Source: Hyphomonas sp. (GTDB taxonomy: Bacteria > Pseudomonadota > Alphaproteobacteria > Caulobacterales > Hyphomonadaceae). From it: a stretch of 61,815 nt of DNA. The stretch covers positions 1 to 61,815 of the forward strand of contig JBKBRT010000001.1 in assembly GCA_046291585.1 (NCBI GenBank). Direction: 5' to 3'. Below the pieces are notes generated by a model. The model saw only the letters and a program-made list of their open reading frames with translations. It ran no database searches and was not told the DNA's origin. Position numbers and translations under genes: made by a program. Of this stretch, positions 1 through 9,322 are shown piece after piece. The first letter of the stretch is position 1. Each line of letters opens with the position of its first letter.

Positions 1-46
1 GGTTAACAGGAATTTACCAAAATGTCCGGACGGAAAGAACCCCGTC

Positions 47-79
47 AAAACAAAACCGGCCGGTCTTTCGACCGGCCGG
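47..79 (-). terminator. Rho-independent terminator of tig
   Basis: Perfect 10-bp stem CCGGCCGGTC-TTTC-GACCGGCCGG (56-79) followed on the minus strand by a T-rich tract, just downstream of the tig stop. Confidence 0.8.
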
Positions 80-105
80 CTTGGAGTGCCTTGTAAGGAA
101 TAGAC

Positions 106-1443
106 TTACTCTTCGTCTTCCTTGAAAAGTTCTTCACGGGTGACGGTCTTTTCCTCAACCTTTGCCGTGTCGAGGATGTGGTCGACCACTTTATCCTCAT
201 AAATCGGGGCGCGCAGCTGAGCCATGGCGCCGGGGTTCTTCTGGAAGAACTGGACGACTTCCCGCTCCTGCCCCGGATACTGACGGGCTTCGCGGATGAG
301 GGCCTGGTTCACTTCGGCTTCAGAGATGCGCACATCGGCCAGACGGCCAACTTCAGCCAGCACGAGACCGAGCCGCACGCGACGCTCAGCGATCTTGCGG
401 TATTCGGCCTTCAATTCGTCTTCCGGTTTCGCCTTTTCCTCGTCGGAAACGCGGCCGGCATCCATTTCGCGCTGCAGCTGTTGCCAGATCTGCTCGAACT
501 CCTGCTCAACCATGCCGGGCGGCAGGTCGAAATCATGGGCGGCGTCGAGCTTGTCGAGCAGGTCGCGCTTGGCTTTGGAGCGCGAGGCGGTGTTGTGCTC
601 GTTCTGGAGCTGGTCTTTGACCAGGCCGCGCAGCTGTTCGAGGCTTTCGAGGCCGAGACCGGTGGCGAACTCGTCGTTGATCTCTGGCGTCTGCGGCGCG
701 CGGACTTCATGGATCTTGGTTTCAAACACAGCGGCCTTGCCGGCAAGATTTGCCGCCGGATAGTCTTCCGGGAAGGAGACGTTGAGTTCTTTTTCCTCGC
801 CAGCCTTCACGCCGAGCAGCTGCTCTTCGAAGCCGGGGATGAAGCGGTTGGCGCCCAGCACAACCGACTGCTGCTCAGCCGAGCCGCCTTCGAAGGCTTC
901 GCCGTCGATTTTGCCGACAAAGTCCACGATCACGGCGTCGCCGTCCTGGGAGGCTTCGCCTTCTGCGCGGGGCTCATACTTGATGTTCTGTTCGGCGATG
1001 CGCGCGAGGGATTCGTCGATCTGCTCGTCGGCAATCTCGGCAACCGGACGCTCGATCGTGAGGGTGGCGACGTCAACCGGGGTAAATTCCGGCATCACAT
1101 CCACGTGCATCTGGTAAGAAAGGTCTTCCTTGCCGGTGACGACTTTCTCGATATCGGCCTGCATGTCGACATTCGGCGTGCCGGCGGGGCGCAGCGAATT
1201 TTCCTCGAGCGCCTTCTGGTTGGTCTCGTTGACCAGCTTGTCGATCACTTCGCCCATGAGGTCGCGGCCATACATCTTGCGCACGTGAGCTGCCGGCACC
1301 TTGCCTGGGCGGAAGCCCTTGAGGCGCATTTGCGGGCGGATTTCCTCGATGCGCGCATCGAGTTTCGCCTGCAGCTCGCTGACCGGCACCTTGACCGCAA
1401 AGGTGCGGCTAAGACCTTCTGCCTTGGTCTGTGTCACTTCCAT
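106..1443 (-). CDS. tig: Trigger factor (ribosome-associated chaperone/PPIase)
   Basis: 445 aa; ribosome-binding signature GFRPGKVP; FKBP-type domain (VDFVGKIDGEAFEGG...FIPGFEEQLLG). Confidence 0.98.
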   Translation of the reverse strand: MEVTQTKAEGLSRTFAVKVPVSELQAKLDARIEEIRPQMRLKGFRPGKVPAAHVRKMYGRDLMGEVIDKLVNETNQKALEENSLRPAGTPNVDMQADIEKVVTGKEDLSYQMHVDVMPEFTPVDVATLTIERPVAEIADEQIDESLARIAEQNIKYEPRAEGEASQDGDAVIVDFVGKIDGEAFEGGSAEQQSVVLGANRFIPGFEEQLLGVKAGEEKELNVSFPEDYPAANLAGKAAVFETKIHEVRAPQTPEINDEFATGLGLESLEQLRGLVKDQLQNEHNTASRSKAKRDLLDKLDAAHDFDLPPGMVEQEFEQIWQQLQREMDAGRVSDEEKAKPEDELKAEYRKIAERRVRLGLVLAEVGRLADVRISEAEVNQALIREARQYPGQEREVVQFFQKNPGAMAQLRAPIYEDKVVDHILDTAKVEEKTVTREELFKEDEE

Positions 1444-1998
1444 GGGACATTCTTCCGTCTATTGGGCGGCGCGGCGCACGCCATATGCGCGCCCGGAGCC
1501 TGCTGATCCTGCCTGAAGCGGCGGCTTATGTCACACGCGCAGAGCCCTGTCCACGCCAGCTTCACGGGATATGCAGTGGCCTGAGATGACGTTGGGGAAG
1601 CCGGAGCAGAGGATGGGACCGGCCGCGCCCAAGCGGCAGGCCCCCGCGTGCCGCAAAGGCACCCCAACTATCAAATGAGGGGGTGGGCACGCCATCGCGC
1701 TTGCTTTTTCTGGCACATTAATTGCTCTGAGAAATGGGAATTCCGGAGCTGTCAAAAGCACCGTGCGCAGGGACACGTCTATATCCGGGGGCAGCCATGC
1801 GGTTGAACACGCACCAGAACCTGCCGGGGCCGGCAAACGGCGCCGAGGACTTCGGTCGTCAGACACCTGTCTTCATGTTGTTTTATCCCATTCGATGCGA
1901 TTTTGGCGGCCACCGCGCTGCCCCGGAATTTCAGGCTTCCGCCAGCAGGACAAAACCCCGCGCAAGCGACTCCACTTCCAGCAAGACGAACCAGACCC

Positions 1999-3474
1999 AT
2001 GATTGAAGACCCCGCCGCTACGGCACAAAGCCCCCAGGCTCACGCCGACACCGTGCCGCTCGTGCTGGATCTGGACGGAACCCTGATCCGGACAGATTCC
2101 CTTCAGGAACAAGCATTGACGCTGGTGCGCCGGAACCCGCTTGCAATCTTCAAGCTGATTGCCTGGGTCCTCGCGGGCCGCGTTGTACTGAAGGAGCGCC
2201 TGGCGGGCGCTGCCGACCTCGATGCAGAGTTCCTGCCCGTCAATGAAACCGTACTCGCTCTGGCGCAGGCTGAAGCAGCCAAGGGCCGCAAGATTGTCCT
2301 GGCCACGGCAGCCCATGCGGACACAGCCCGGCTGTTCCTGCAGCGGTTTCCTTTCATCTCGGAAATACTGGCGACCGAAGCCAAGCTGAACCTCAAGGGC
2401 AAAGCCAAGGCAGACGCGCTCGTTCAGCGTTTTCCGGGCGGTTTTGATTATGCCGGCGACAGCAGCGCTGATCTTGAAGTGTGGAAACGCGCCCGCAATG
2501 CCATCACGGTGGAAGCCTCCGGCGCCACGGTCCGCAAGGCCAAGACCACCGCAAACGTGATCCAGGTTATCCAGAGGCCGAGGGCGCTCAAACCGTTCGT
2601 CAAATGCCTGCGCCCCCACCAGTGGGCCAAGAATGGGCTTGTGGTTGTTCCTGCCATTCTTTCCGGCCGCATCATTGAACCCGACACTTTCCTGCCGCTC
2701 ATTCTCGCTTTCTTTGCCCTCTCGCTGACGGCGTCTGCGACGTATGTTTTCAATGACATCTGGGACCTGCAGGATGACCGCAGGCACTGGACCAAGAAGC
2801 GGCGGCCTTTTGCCAGCGGCGCCCTCTCCCTTCCCGCAGGCATCGGCGGTGCGTTGATCTGCTTCGCGGCCGGTCTCGCGCTCGCCCTGATGGCGGGAAC
2901 AGAAGTGCTGCAATGGGTGCTGGTCTATGTGGTCGTGACACTCACCTATTCCCTGTGGCTGAAACGCAAAGTTATTCATGACGCGCTGACGCTCGCCAGC
3001 CTGTTCACACTTCGGCTGGTGGTCGGGATGGTGGCGGTGGCGGCTGAGCCCTCTCCCTGGCTGTTTGTGTTCGCGATGTTCTTCTTCACGTCGCTGGCCT
3101 TTGCCAAACGCCACACAGAGATTGCGCGCGTGATTGAAAAGGGCGGATTTTGGGTGAATGGGCGCGGCTATCGCGCTTCGGACCTGCCGCTTGTTCTGGC
3201 GGCGGGTATCGCGAGTTCGGTCGCGGCCGTCATCATCATGGTATTGTACATCATCGAAGACGCGCATCAGAAAAGCTTCATCAAAAACGGTGACTGGCTT
3301 TGGGCCCTGCCCCCGCTGATCTTCCTCATTTCCAGCCGGATCTGGGTGATCAGCCAGCGCGGCGAACTGGACGACGATCCGGTGGTGTTTGTGGTCAAGG
3401 ACCGGATTTGCCTCGCCTATGCAGCGATGACCGGCATCAGCTTCTTCCTGGCCTGGTTTGGGGTTCCGCTTTGA
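1999..3474 (+). CDS. HAD-like domain fused to UbiA-family prenyltransferase (decaprenyl-phosphate phosphoribosyltransferase-like)
   Basis: N-terminal HAD motif LVLDLDGTL and GDS; C-terminal LRPHQWAKN, YVFNDIWDLQDDRRHWTKKRRPFASG, FAKR motifs and several TM helices; start set at ATG 1999. Confidence 0.88.
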   Translation: MIEDPAATAQSPQAHADTVPLVLDLDGTLIRTDSLQEQALTLVRRNPLAIFKLIAWVLAGRVVLKERLAGAADLDAEFLPVNETVLALAQAEAAKGRKIVLATAAHADTARLFLQRFPFISEILATEAKLNLKGKAKADALVQRFPGGFDYAGDSSADLEVWKRARNAITVEASGATVRKAKTTANVIQVIQRPRALKPFVKCLRPHQWAKNGLVVVPAILSGRIIEPDTFLPLILAFFALSLTASATYVFNDIWDLQDDRRHWTKKRRPFASGALSLPAGIGGALICFAAGLALALMAGTEVLQWVLVYVVVTLTYSLWLKRKVIHDALTLASLFTLRLVVGMVAVAAEPSPWLFVFAMFFFTSLAFAKRHTEIARVIEKGGFWVNGRGYRASDLPLVLAAGIASSVAAVIIMVLYIIEDAHQKSFIKNGDWLWALPPLIFLISSRIWVISQRGELDDDPVVFVVKDRICLAYAAMTGISFFLAWFGVPL

Positions 3475-3869
3475 CCGCACTGCTCCGCGATGAACGCATC
3501 CGGTTTCTGGTTGCAGGCGGCTCAGCGGCTTTCCTGAACTGGGTCATCCGGTTTCCGCTCTCTCTGTTCCTGCCATACGCAGCGGCTGTTACCGTCGCGA
3601 CGGCAATCGGGATGGTGGCCGGGTTTTTCCTGTATCGCAGCCTGGTTTTTCAAGGTTCGACCCGGTCGATCTGGTTGCAGATCCGCGACTTCATCGGCGT
3701 GAACATTGTAGCCGGCATCATTACCGTTCTGGCTGCGCTGGCGCTGAGTGCTGGCCCCTGGTGGCCGGAGGCCTACACGCACTACGCGCCCGGCGCCTCT
3801 CACCTTGCCGGGATCGGGATTGGCGCGGTCGTGAACTTTTTCGGCCACAAGCTTTTCACATTTCGCTGA
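3471..3869 (+). CDS. GtrA-family membrane protein (lipid-linked sugar flippase-like)
   Basis: TTG start overlapping the upstream stop; ~132 aa with 4 hydrophobic segments; RFLVAG start and NFFGHKLFTF end typical of GtrA. Confidence 0.8.
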   Translation: MTALLRDERIRFLVAGGSAAFLNWVIRFPLSLFLPYAAAVTVATAIGMVAGFFLYRSLVFQGSTRSIWLQIRDFIGVNIVAGIITVLAALALSAGPWWPEAYTHYAPGASHLAGIGIGAVVNFFGHKLFTFR

Positions 3870-4172
3870 TCCGGTCAGTGCGCGAGGGGTTCGGAACGCT
3901 CCCGCGCCGCATCAGTTATCTGTACACAACTTGATGCCGCCCTTGCTGTGCGGACCGCAGAACTCAAGCCGGTTGGCGGCAAACACGTTTCGTTAATGCC
4001 AGGGCCGAGAGCTGACTACGCAGACGACCTGTCTGTGGGCATGACACAAGCGTAGTGACGCCCCTGTGCCTGTGCGATCAACGCCGCCGCAATCGCCCCT
4101 CTCGGTATAGGTAGCGTCAGGCGACGGCAAGCCTCAGCTGAGGTGCGGCCGCGCGGAAGCATGGCAGTAAGG

Positions 4173-5324
4173 CTAGTGGAAACGGCTCTTCAATCGCAGC
4201 AGCGGTGATTCAAGGAACCTGTAGCTCGCAAGCGCCGTGAGCACACTCGCCGCAAAGGCGATTAGAAGCAGAAGCACCCCCTTGGCCGGCGTGATCTCTC
4301 CAAACCGTTCAGTCAACGGAGAATGCAGGAGAATAATGTTCACGATCGGGTGCCAGACGTACAATCCATAACTGTATTTCCCGAACCACCGCATTACCGG
4401 CAGCTCCATGATGAAACTCAAGGGCCGGAAGGTGAGCGAGAGGATCAGCAGGCTGGCATAGATGACTGTCAACAGCGAGATACCGACCGTCAGGATAACG
4501 GGATCTGCATTTGAGAAATCGCGGCGCAGCACAACTAGGACCAGGAATGCCGCCATTGCCGCACTCCCTAGCCGCCAGGCCCAGGGCACGAGCGGTGCGA
4601 TACCGCGAGGCCCCCGAACCAGCAGGGCAATCAGCGCGCCCATTGCCAGCCCATCCATCCGGGCGGGCGTGAAGACGTAAACGGCCAGCGCCGGCGCCTC
4701 ATTCATGACCATAACCGTGCGGATGATCGGCGCGCAAACGATCATGGCGCAGGCAACCATCATCAGCTTCCTGCGCGACAAAGTCAGCACGACCAGCGGC
4801 CAGATCAGATAGAATTGTTCCTCGATGGCCAGCGACCAGAAGTGATCAAGGATGCTTCCGCCACCTTCGATCGCCATCTGAAAATTGCCTACATAGAGCA
4901 GGATCCAGACGGGGTTGGCGCCGCCCATCAGGTCGTGGCGCCAAGCCATGTCGATGAGGATCACCACAATTGCCGCAAAATAGTAAAGCGGGAATATCCT
5001 CAGGGTACGGCGCGCATAGAAATTCTTGAAGTATTTATTTTTGCCCTTGGAGTCGAACAGAATGCCGGTGATCAGAAAGCCGGAAAGCACGAAAAACAGA
5101 TCGACGCCCGACCAGCCAATTCCGGTCAGCCGCAAGAGGATATTATCGAGCCCAAACGCCCCAGCGCTGGCTCCGTAATGGTAAAAAAGAACCAGGATGA
5201 CGCCGAGGCCGCGTATGCCGTCGAGCGCGCCGATATGACCCGACCAGATACTGGCGGCAGACAGATCGGCCGGCGCATCCAGCGTGACCGCAGCCTGTTC
5301 ACCCGTCTTTGTGGCGTCAGTCAT
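4173..5324 (-). CDS. Acyltransferase-3 (OafA-like) membrane O-acyltransferase
   Basis: LDGIRG, GVDLFFVLSGFLIT, FYARRTLRIFPLY, HFWSLAIEEQFY, SYGLYVWH motifs; start set at ATG 5324 overlapping the upstream stop. Confidence 0.92.
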   Translation of the reverse strand: MTDATKTGEQAAVTLDAPADLSAASIWSGHIGALDGIRGLGVILVLFYHYGASAGAFGLDNILLRLTGIGWSGVDLFFVLSGFLITGILFDSKGKNKYFKNFYARRTLRIFPLYYFAAIVVILIDMAWRHDLMGGANPVWILLYVGNFQMAIEGGGSILDHFWSLAIEEQFYLIWPLVVLTLSRRKLMMVACAMIVCAPIIRTVMVMNEAPALAVYVFTPARMDGLAMGALIALLVRGPRGIAPLVPWAWRLGSAAMAAFLVLVVLRRDFSNADPVILTVGISLLTVIYASLLILSLTFRPLSFIMELPVMRWFGKYSYGLYVWHPIVNIILLHSPLTERFGEITPAKGVLLLLIAFAASVLTALASYRFLESPLLRLKSRFH

Positions 5325-6849
5325 ACTGCCACCTGTAGAGCGCGCCATTGGATGACACATAGGCAATTCCGGATGCGCCATCGATTTCAATGGAGCGGAG
5401 CCATGGACCAAGATAAATTGTGCCTGTCGGGCGGGACGTACGCAGATCAATGGTCGTGATCTGGCCGGTCACGAAACTACCCGCGAGCAGAATTTCCCGC
5501 TCCGGATCGTAAGCCAGCGTGCGAACCCCGAACGGTGCCTTGAGAACCCCTTTGGACTCGAGCGTGTCAGCATCCAGCCGGAGGATCTCCGAGCCGACCG
5601 GCGACGTCACCAAAATCTCGTTCATGGATTCGACAAGGATCAGCCTATCAACCCGCGCGGGCGCTGCTGTCCTTCCGATGATTTCGCGCGCGGCCATATC
5701 GTAAATGAGGACTTCAGGACTACGCCGGAAGAAGCTCAGATATAGCCATGGTTTTGTCGGATGCTTGGACAGGTTACCGGCGTCCAGGTCGCGCGCATCG
5801 AGGATCTCCCCGCTGGCATGGTCCAGCAGGAGAAAGGCCGACCCTTCCTGGATATCGGCCTCCGAAACGAGGGCGACAGTATCAGAGATCGAGTCGAACG
5901 CGATCCAGGGGTCGCCAGGCGCCAGTGTGGGAACGTCTACCGCACGGTTCAGGGTCAACGTCTCGGCATCTATATAGAGCACCTGCTTGGTGTGCTGCTG
6001 GTAGACGCTGAATTCCTTATTGGCATTATCGTAGAAAATGCCTTGGGCGCCGCCGCTGACGACGTCTGAGACCCGCGGGGCAGCATCGAGATTGTCGAGG
6101 TCGAACTCAACAATACGTTCCAGGCCATGGCCGGTCGCATAAAGGCGGCGGCTTTCGGTATCCAGAGCGAGGCCGTTGATGTCCTCATGCATCAGGATGG
6201 ATACGCCCGCCGGCGTCCGGAGGGCCTGTTCGATGGGAATGAGCCGGCCGCCTTTCACAAGAGCCACGATGCTTGCACTGAGCAGAACGATCGCCAGCGC
6301 CCAACCGATCCATTTGATCGTCTGCTGAGCAGGGCTCTTGAGACCAGCAAGTTCACCCAGCCAGGAAATATGGCGGCGGACGATCATGCCCTCGCTTGCC
6401 CCGACAGCGATAGCCATTCCCAGATTGTTGGTCCGGCGCCGGAGAAACGCTTCCGGCAGAAAATTGGTGGCGGCAATCAGGATCGGAATGAGAGCATGGC
6501 GCAAGGGTGTTCCGGTGAGACTAAAGAGGATCACGGTGATGGCAACCGTTGCGCCAAGCAGAAGCGCGTAGCCGGAAACCGGACGCATGCGCAGAGAAAC
6601 CAGAACGAGGAGACCGAGAACTACGGCCAGGATCAGAAAAAGAAGGGTTCTCGAGACCGTGAGGCTGATCAGGTCGATAACGCGGACGATGATGCCCACC
6701 CCATCGAACACCGGCAAAGCGGAAATCGGTTCCCGGAACAGAAACAGCAGAACCAGAAGCGCCGGAATACGGAAAAGTCCCCAGATCAGAAGCGCTGTAG
6801 AACGTTTTTCCGGCGCCGCCGAAACTTTGTTGGTGTCGAATTCACTCAT
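5317..6849 (-). CDS. Membrane protein with C-terminal YncE-like beta-propeller domain
   Basis: N-terminal ~200 aa of TM helices followed by repeated propeller-like blades (GLALD..RRLY, RTLAYDP..ILL, SIEID..IAYV); start set at ATG 6849. Confidence 0.65.
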   Translation of the reverse strand: MSEFDTNKVSAAPEKRSTALLIWGLFRIPALLVLLFLFREPISALPVFDGVGIIVRVIDLISLTVSRTLLFLILAVVLGLLVLVSLRMRPVSGYALLLGATVAITVILFSLTGTPLRHALIPILIAATNFLPEAFLRRRTNNLGMAIAVGASEGMIVRRHISWLGELAGLKSPAQQTIKWIGWALAIVLLSASIVALVKGGRLIPIEQALRTPAGVSILMHEDINGLALDTESRRLYATGHGLERIVEFDLDNLDAAPRVSDVVSGGAQGIFYDNANKEFSVYQQHTKQVLYIDAETLTLNRAVDVPTLAPGDPWIAFDSISDTVALVSEADIQEGSAFLLLDHASGEILDARDLDAGNLSKHPTKPWLYLSFFRRSPEVLIYDMAAREIIGRTAAPARVDRLILVESMNEILVTSPVGSEILRLDADTLESKGVLKAPFGVRTLAYDPEREILLAGSFVTGQITTIDLRTSRPTGTIYLGPWLRSIEIDGASGIAYVSSNGALYRWQYD

Positions 6850-7117
6850 CTTCTGCCGCCTCAGCGCTCCCTGTCCCCAATCACTCAGCGGTCCCCGGCA
6901 AAAGATATGTGCCCTGATCTGGCACATGACTCCCGTCCCGGAGGCCCCTGCTTACTCACTGATGGGCGCATTGCCCCGTCAGCAAAGTGCAAGATCAGGG
7001 CCATCATGCTCTGAAATTTCTGAATATCTGACCAATTCGCGCAACAAGTTGAAGTCAGTCGCCGGCCAAATACGTCATGCACTCCGGAATGGCTTAATCA
7101 TCACTCTTGCGGGGCCA

Positions 7118-8407
7118 CTAAGAGTGCAGACGCCGGGCCCGCAACAGCGCGAGCATTGCCAACACAATCAGCGCGCCCCACAGCCAGTGCGATGCCACAA
7201 GATTGGCAAATGGCCCGAAACGCCCGACCGTCATCGAATGGCTGACGAACGCGATGCCCATCGACAGAACGAATGAGGCTATCAGAGGCCAGCGCATCCA
7301 GGCCAACGGCTCGCTTCTCTGTGTTCTGACCCAAAGGGCAAGGAACGCTGGCAAGATCCAAACATAATAGTGAACCCAGGATACGGTTGAGACCACAATC
7401 GCCAACGTGACGGCGATCAGGAGCTCGAGTTCAATGTCATCACTCGTCGGCCGGACGAGGCGCCTCGAATACCAGGCTGCGAAGACCGCGCCGAGCACGA
7501 GGAGCAATGCCAAGCCTTGCGCCACCATCCGGCCCGTCTCCGATAGCACATAGGGATCATAGTCGTGTCCGGCAGGACCGCCGACTTCGAACCGCGCCAC
7601 CAGGCCCTGGAGCGTCTGGTTACCATAAGCTGAGACGGTGCTGGAGGCATAAGGGGCAATGGTCGTATCGTACCAGAGGACGTGCATGTCCCAGCCGAAG
7701 ATGAGCAGCGAAAGCGCGATCGACCCGGCGATGACTGCAGCGCCGCCAGCAACTACACTCCACCGGCCGCGCAGAAAATAGAGGACACCGATCAACAGAA
7801 GAGCGGGCTTGATTACGGCAGCAACCCCGAACAGTGCGCCGGCAGCAAAACCTTTGCCAGAGCGCACCATCATCATGCCGCCCAGAATGAGCGCGAGCAC
7901 GAAGTGGGACGTGTTGCCGACCTTGAATGAGTAGAGCAGCGGTCCGAACACGCAGAGCGCGAAGAAGAGCAGCGCGCTGTCGCGACTGTCGAGGCCGTAC
8001 ATCTTGACCAGCAGCCGCCAGAGCAGCCCCACCACCAACACGCCCACCAGCGTAAACACGATTGCTCCCGTCATGGGGGACATCAGCCCGAACGGCGCGA
8101 ACAGATAAGCGACAATGGGGAGATTTACGAAGACGAGAGAGTCGCTGTTGTAAGCGCCGGCCAACGCCTGAGGTCCCTCCCAGATCAGTTTACCCGCCAG
8201 CCAGTAACATTCCACAAAATCCCAGAAAATGAATTCAGGTGATGGCAGGGTGCTGACAAAGACGAAGACCGTCATGATCGCGCCCAAGACCAGCGTGACC
8301 GGCCACATCAGGCCGGAATATCTTTCAGTCGCAGCGAGGCGGAAGATCAGGAAAAAACCCAGGAGAGCCCCGGCAAAATGAACGCCGTTGATCATCAGTG
8401 AATGCAT
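7118..8407 (-). CDS. GT87 (DUF2029) GT-C fold polyprenol-phosphate-sugar-dependent glycosyltransferase
   Basis: Polytopic 429 aa; DF..YW.AG, FVNLPIVAYLFAPF, GN, IKP, NQTLQG, SWVHYY motifs typical of GT87. Confidence 0.8.
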   Translation of the reverse strand: MHSLMINGVHFAGALLGFFLIFRLAATERYSGLMWPVTLVLGAIMTVFVFVSTLPSPEFIFWDFVECYWLAGKLIWEGPQALAGAYNSDSLVFVNLPIVAYLFAPFGLMSPMTGAIVFTLVGVLVVGLLWRLLVKMYGLDSRDSALLFFALCVFGPLLYSFKVGNTSHFVLALILGGMMMVRSGKGFAAGALFGVAAVIKPALLLIGVLYFLRGRWSVVAGGAAVIAGSIALSLLIFGWDMHVLWYDTTIAPYASSTVSAYGNQTLQGLVARFEVGGPAGHDYDPYVLSETGRMVAQGLALLLVLGAVFAAWYSRRLVRPTSDDIELELLIAVTLAIVVSTVSWVHYYVWILPAFLALWVRTQRSEPLAWMRWPLIASFVLSMGIAFVSHSMTVGRFGPFANLVASHWLWGALIVLAMLALLRARRLHS

Positions 8408-8651
8408 GGATCTCCCCCAACTTTACGCAAAACTATACCGTACACCCGCGCCCCAGCCCGACATTCAGGCCATTTTGTGGATGGATTCAAGCTGAATATA
8501 CGAAAGGAGGCAACGCGCGAGGAAAAGTTCACCGAATGCACAACCGATCATTTGCGGCGCTCGCTGGCGTGCGTGTTTCGGTATTGTTCAGCTTCGGGCG
8601 CCGTTCCTCATCTGCATTCCCGCATCGGTTTCCGGCGCTTCAGAAGCCCGG

Positions 8652-8680
8652 TTGCGGGCTTTGCCGGGGTAGCGTAGGAA
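8652..8680 (+). promoter_or_regulatory. Putative sigma70 promoter of the host tRNA-Leu gene
   Basis: TTGCGG-17 bp-TAGGAA ending 10 bp upstream of the tRNA 5' end. Confidence 0.4.
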
Positions 8681-8690
8681 GCCCCCGGAT

Positions 8691-8731
8691 GCGGATGTGG
8701 CGGAATTGGTAGACGCACTGGATTTAGGTTC
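8691..8731 (+). pseudogene. 5' half of the disrupted host tRNA-Leu(TAG) (attL)
   Basis: GCGGATGTGGCGGAATTGGTAGACGCACTGGATTTAGGTTC = acceptor 5' strand, D arm, anticodon loop; followed by unrelated AT-rich sequence; joins 33182-33225 to give an 85-nt cloverleaf. Confidence 0.93.
8721..8731 (+). repeat. attL core GATTTAGGTTC
   Basis: Identical to 33171-33181; centred on the 7-nt anticodon loop TTTAGGT. Confidence 0.92.
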
Positions 8732-8790
8732 TAATGTCTATAAAAATTTAACTATATTTTTCAATTAGTTACAGATTTACATAAACAGAC

Positions 8791-8821
8791 TGTGTCCAAA
8801 ACTGTGTCCAGCGATGTGTCT
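8791..8821 (+). repeat. Left integrase arm-type repeats (TGTGTCY x3)
   Basis: TGTGTCC at 8791 and 8803, TGTGTCT at 8815; same triplet at the right end. Confidence 0.75.
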
Positions 8822-9053
8822 GTTTTCAAGGTTTAACCCACGATGAGGCGGCGGCGCCAAAGTGTCTCGAAAGGGGGCTTTTGCAGCGGGAATCGTCGGG
8901 GCTTTAGCACGCGGTTTCCGAGCGTTTCAGAGTGGGTCAGCTGGTGCAGTTGAGGGCCTGTAAAGCAGGCTTGAGTGACGCCGCTCGAAACTGGCGCCAG
9001 CGGCATCCAAAAGCGGCGCATTTTGCCATTCAATGACCGAGTTGCTCCACCAT

Positions 9054-9078
9054 AAAAAAGGGTTGCGTATGCAACCCT
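9054..9078 (-). terminator. Putative Rho-independent terminator for minus-strand transcripts
   Basis: Minus strand reads AGGGTTGC-ATAC-GCAACCCT-TTTTT. Confidence 0.55.
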
Positions 9079-9322
9079 GCCTTCCGGCGAGGATGGGGGT
9101 AGCAAGCGCAAGGAGGCTCCGAACGAGGGTCCGCGCCGACAGGCGTGGAGACGTTTGGATGCCTTGCGCGCGCGAGGGGCAAAGCCCCTTAGCTTCGTGC
9201 GCGGCGTAGCCGCGATCCGAAAGCGCGAGGGATCGAAGCCGCATGGCCGAGCCCCGCCGCAGCCTTTGCGGCGAGGCTTGGTCCACGAGAGCCCGACCCG
9301 AAGGGGCGCGCCCAAGCGGTCG

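Noticed and set aside
178-3480. Long antisense ORFs 178-1506 (+) and 1873-3480 (-)
   Set aside because: Shadows of tig and the UbiA gene caused by high-GC codon bias; no motifs
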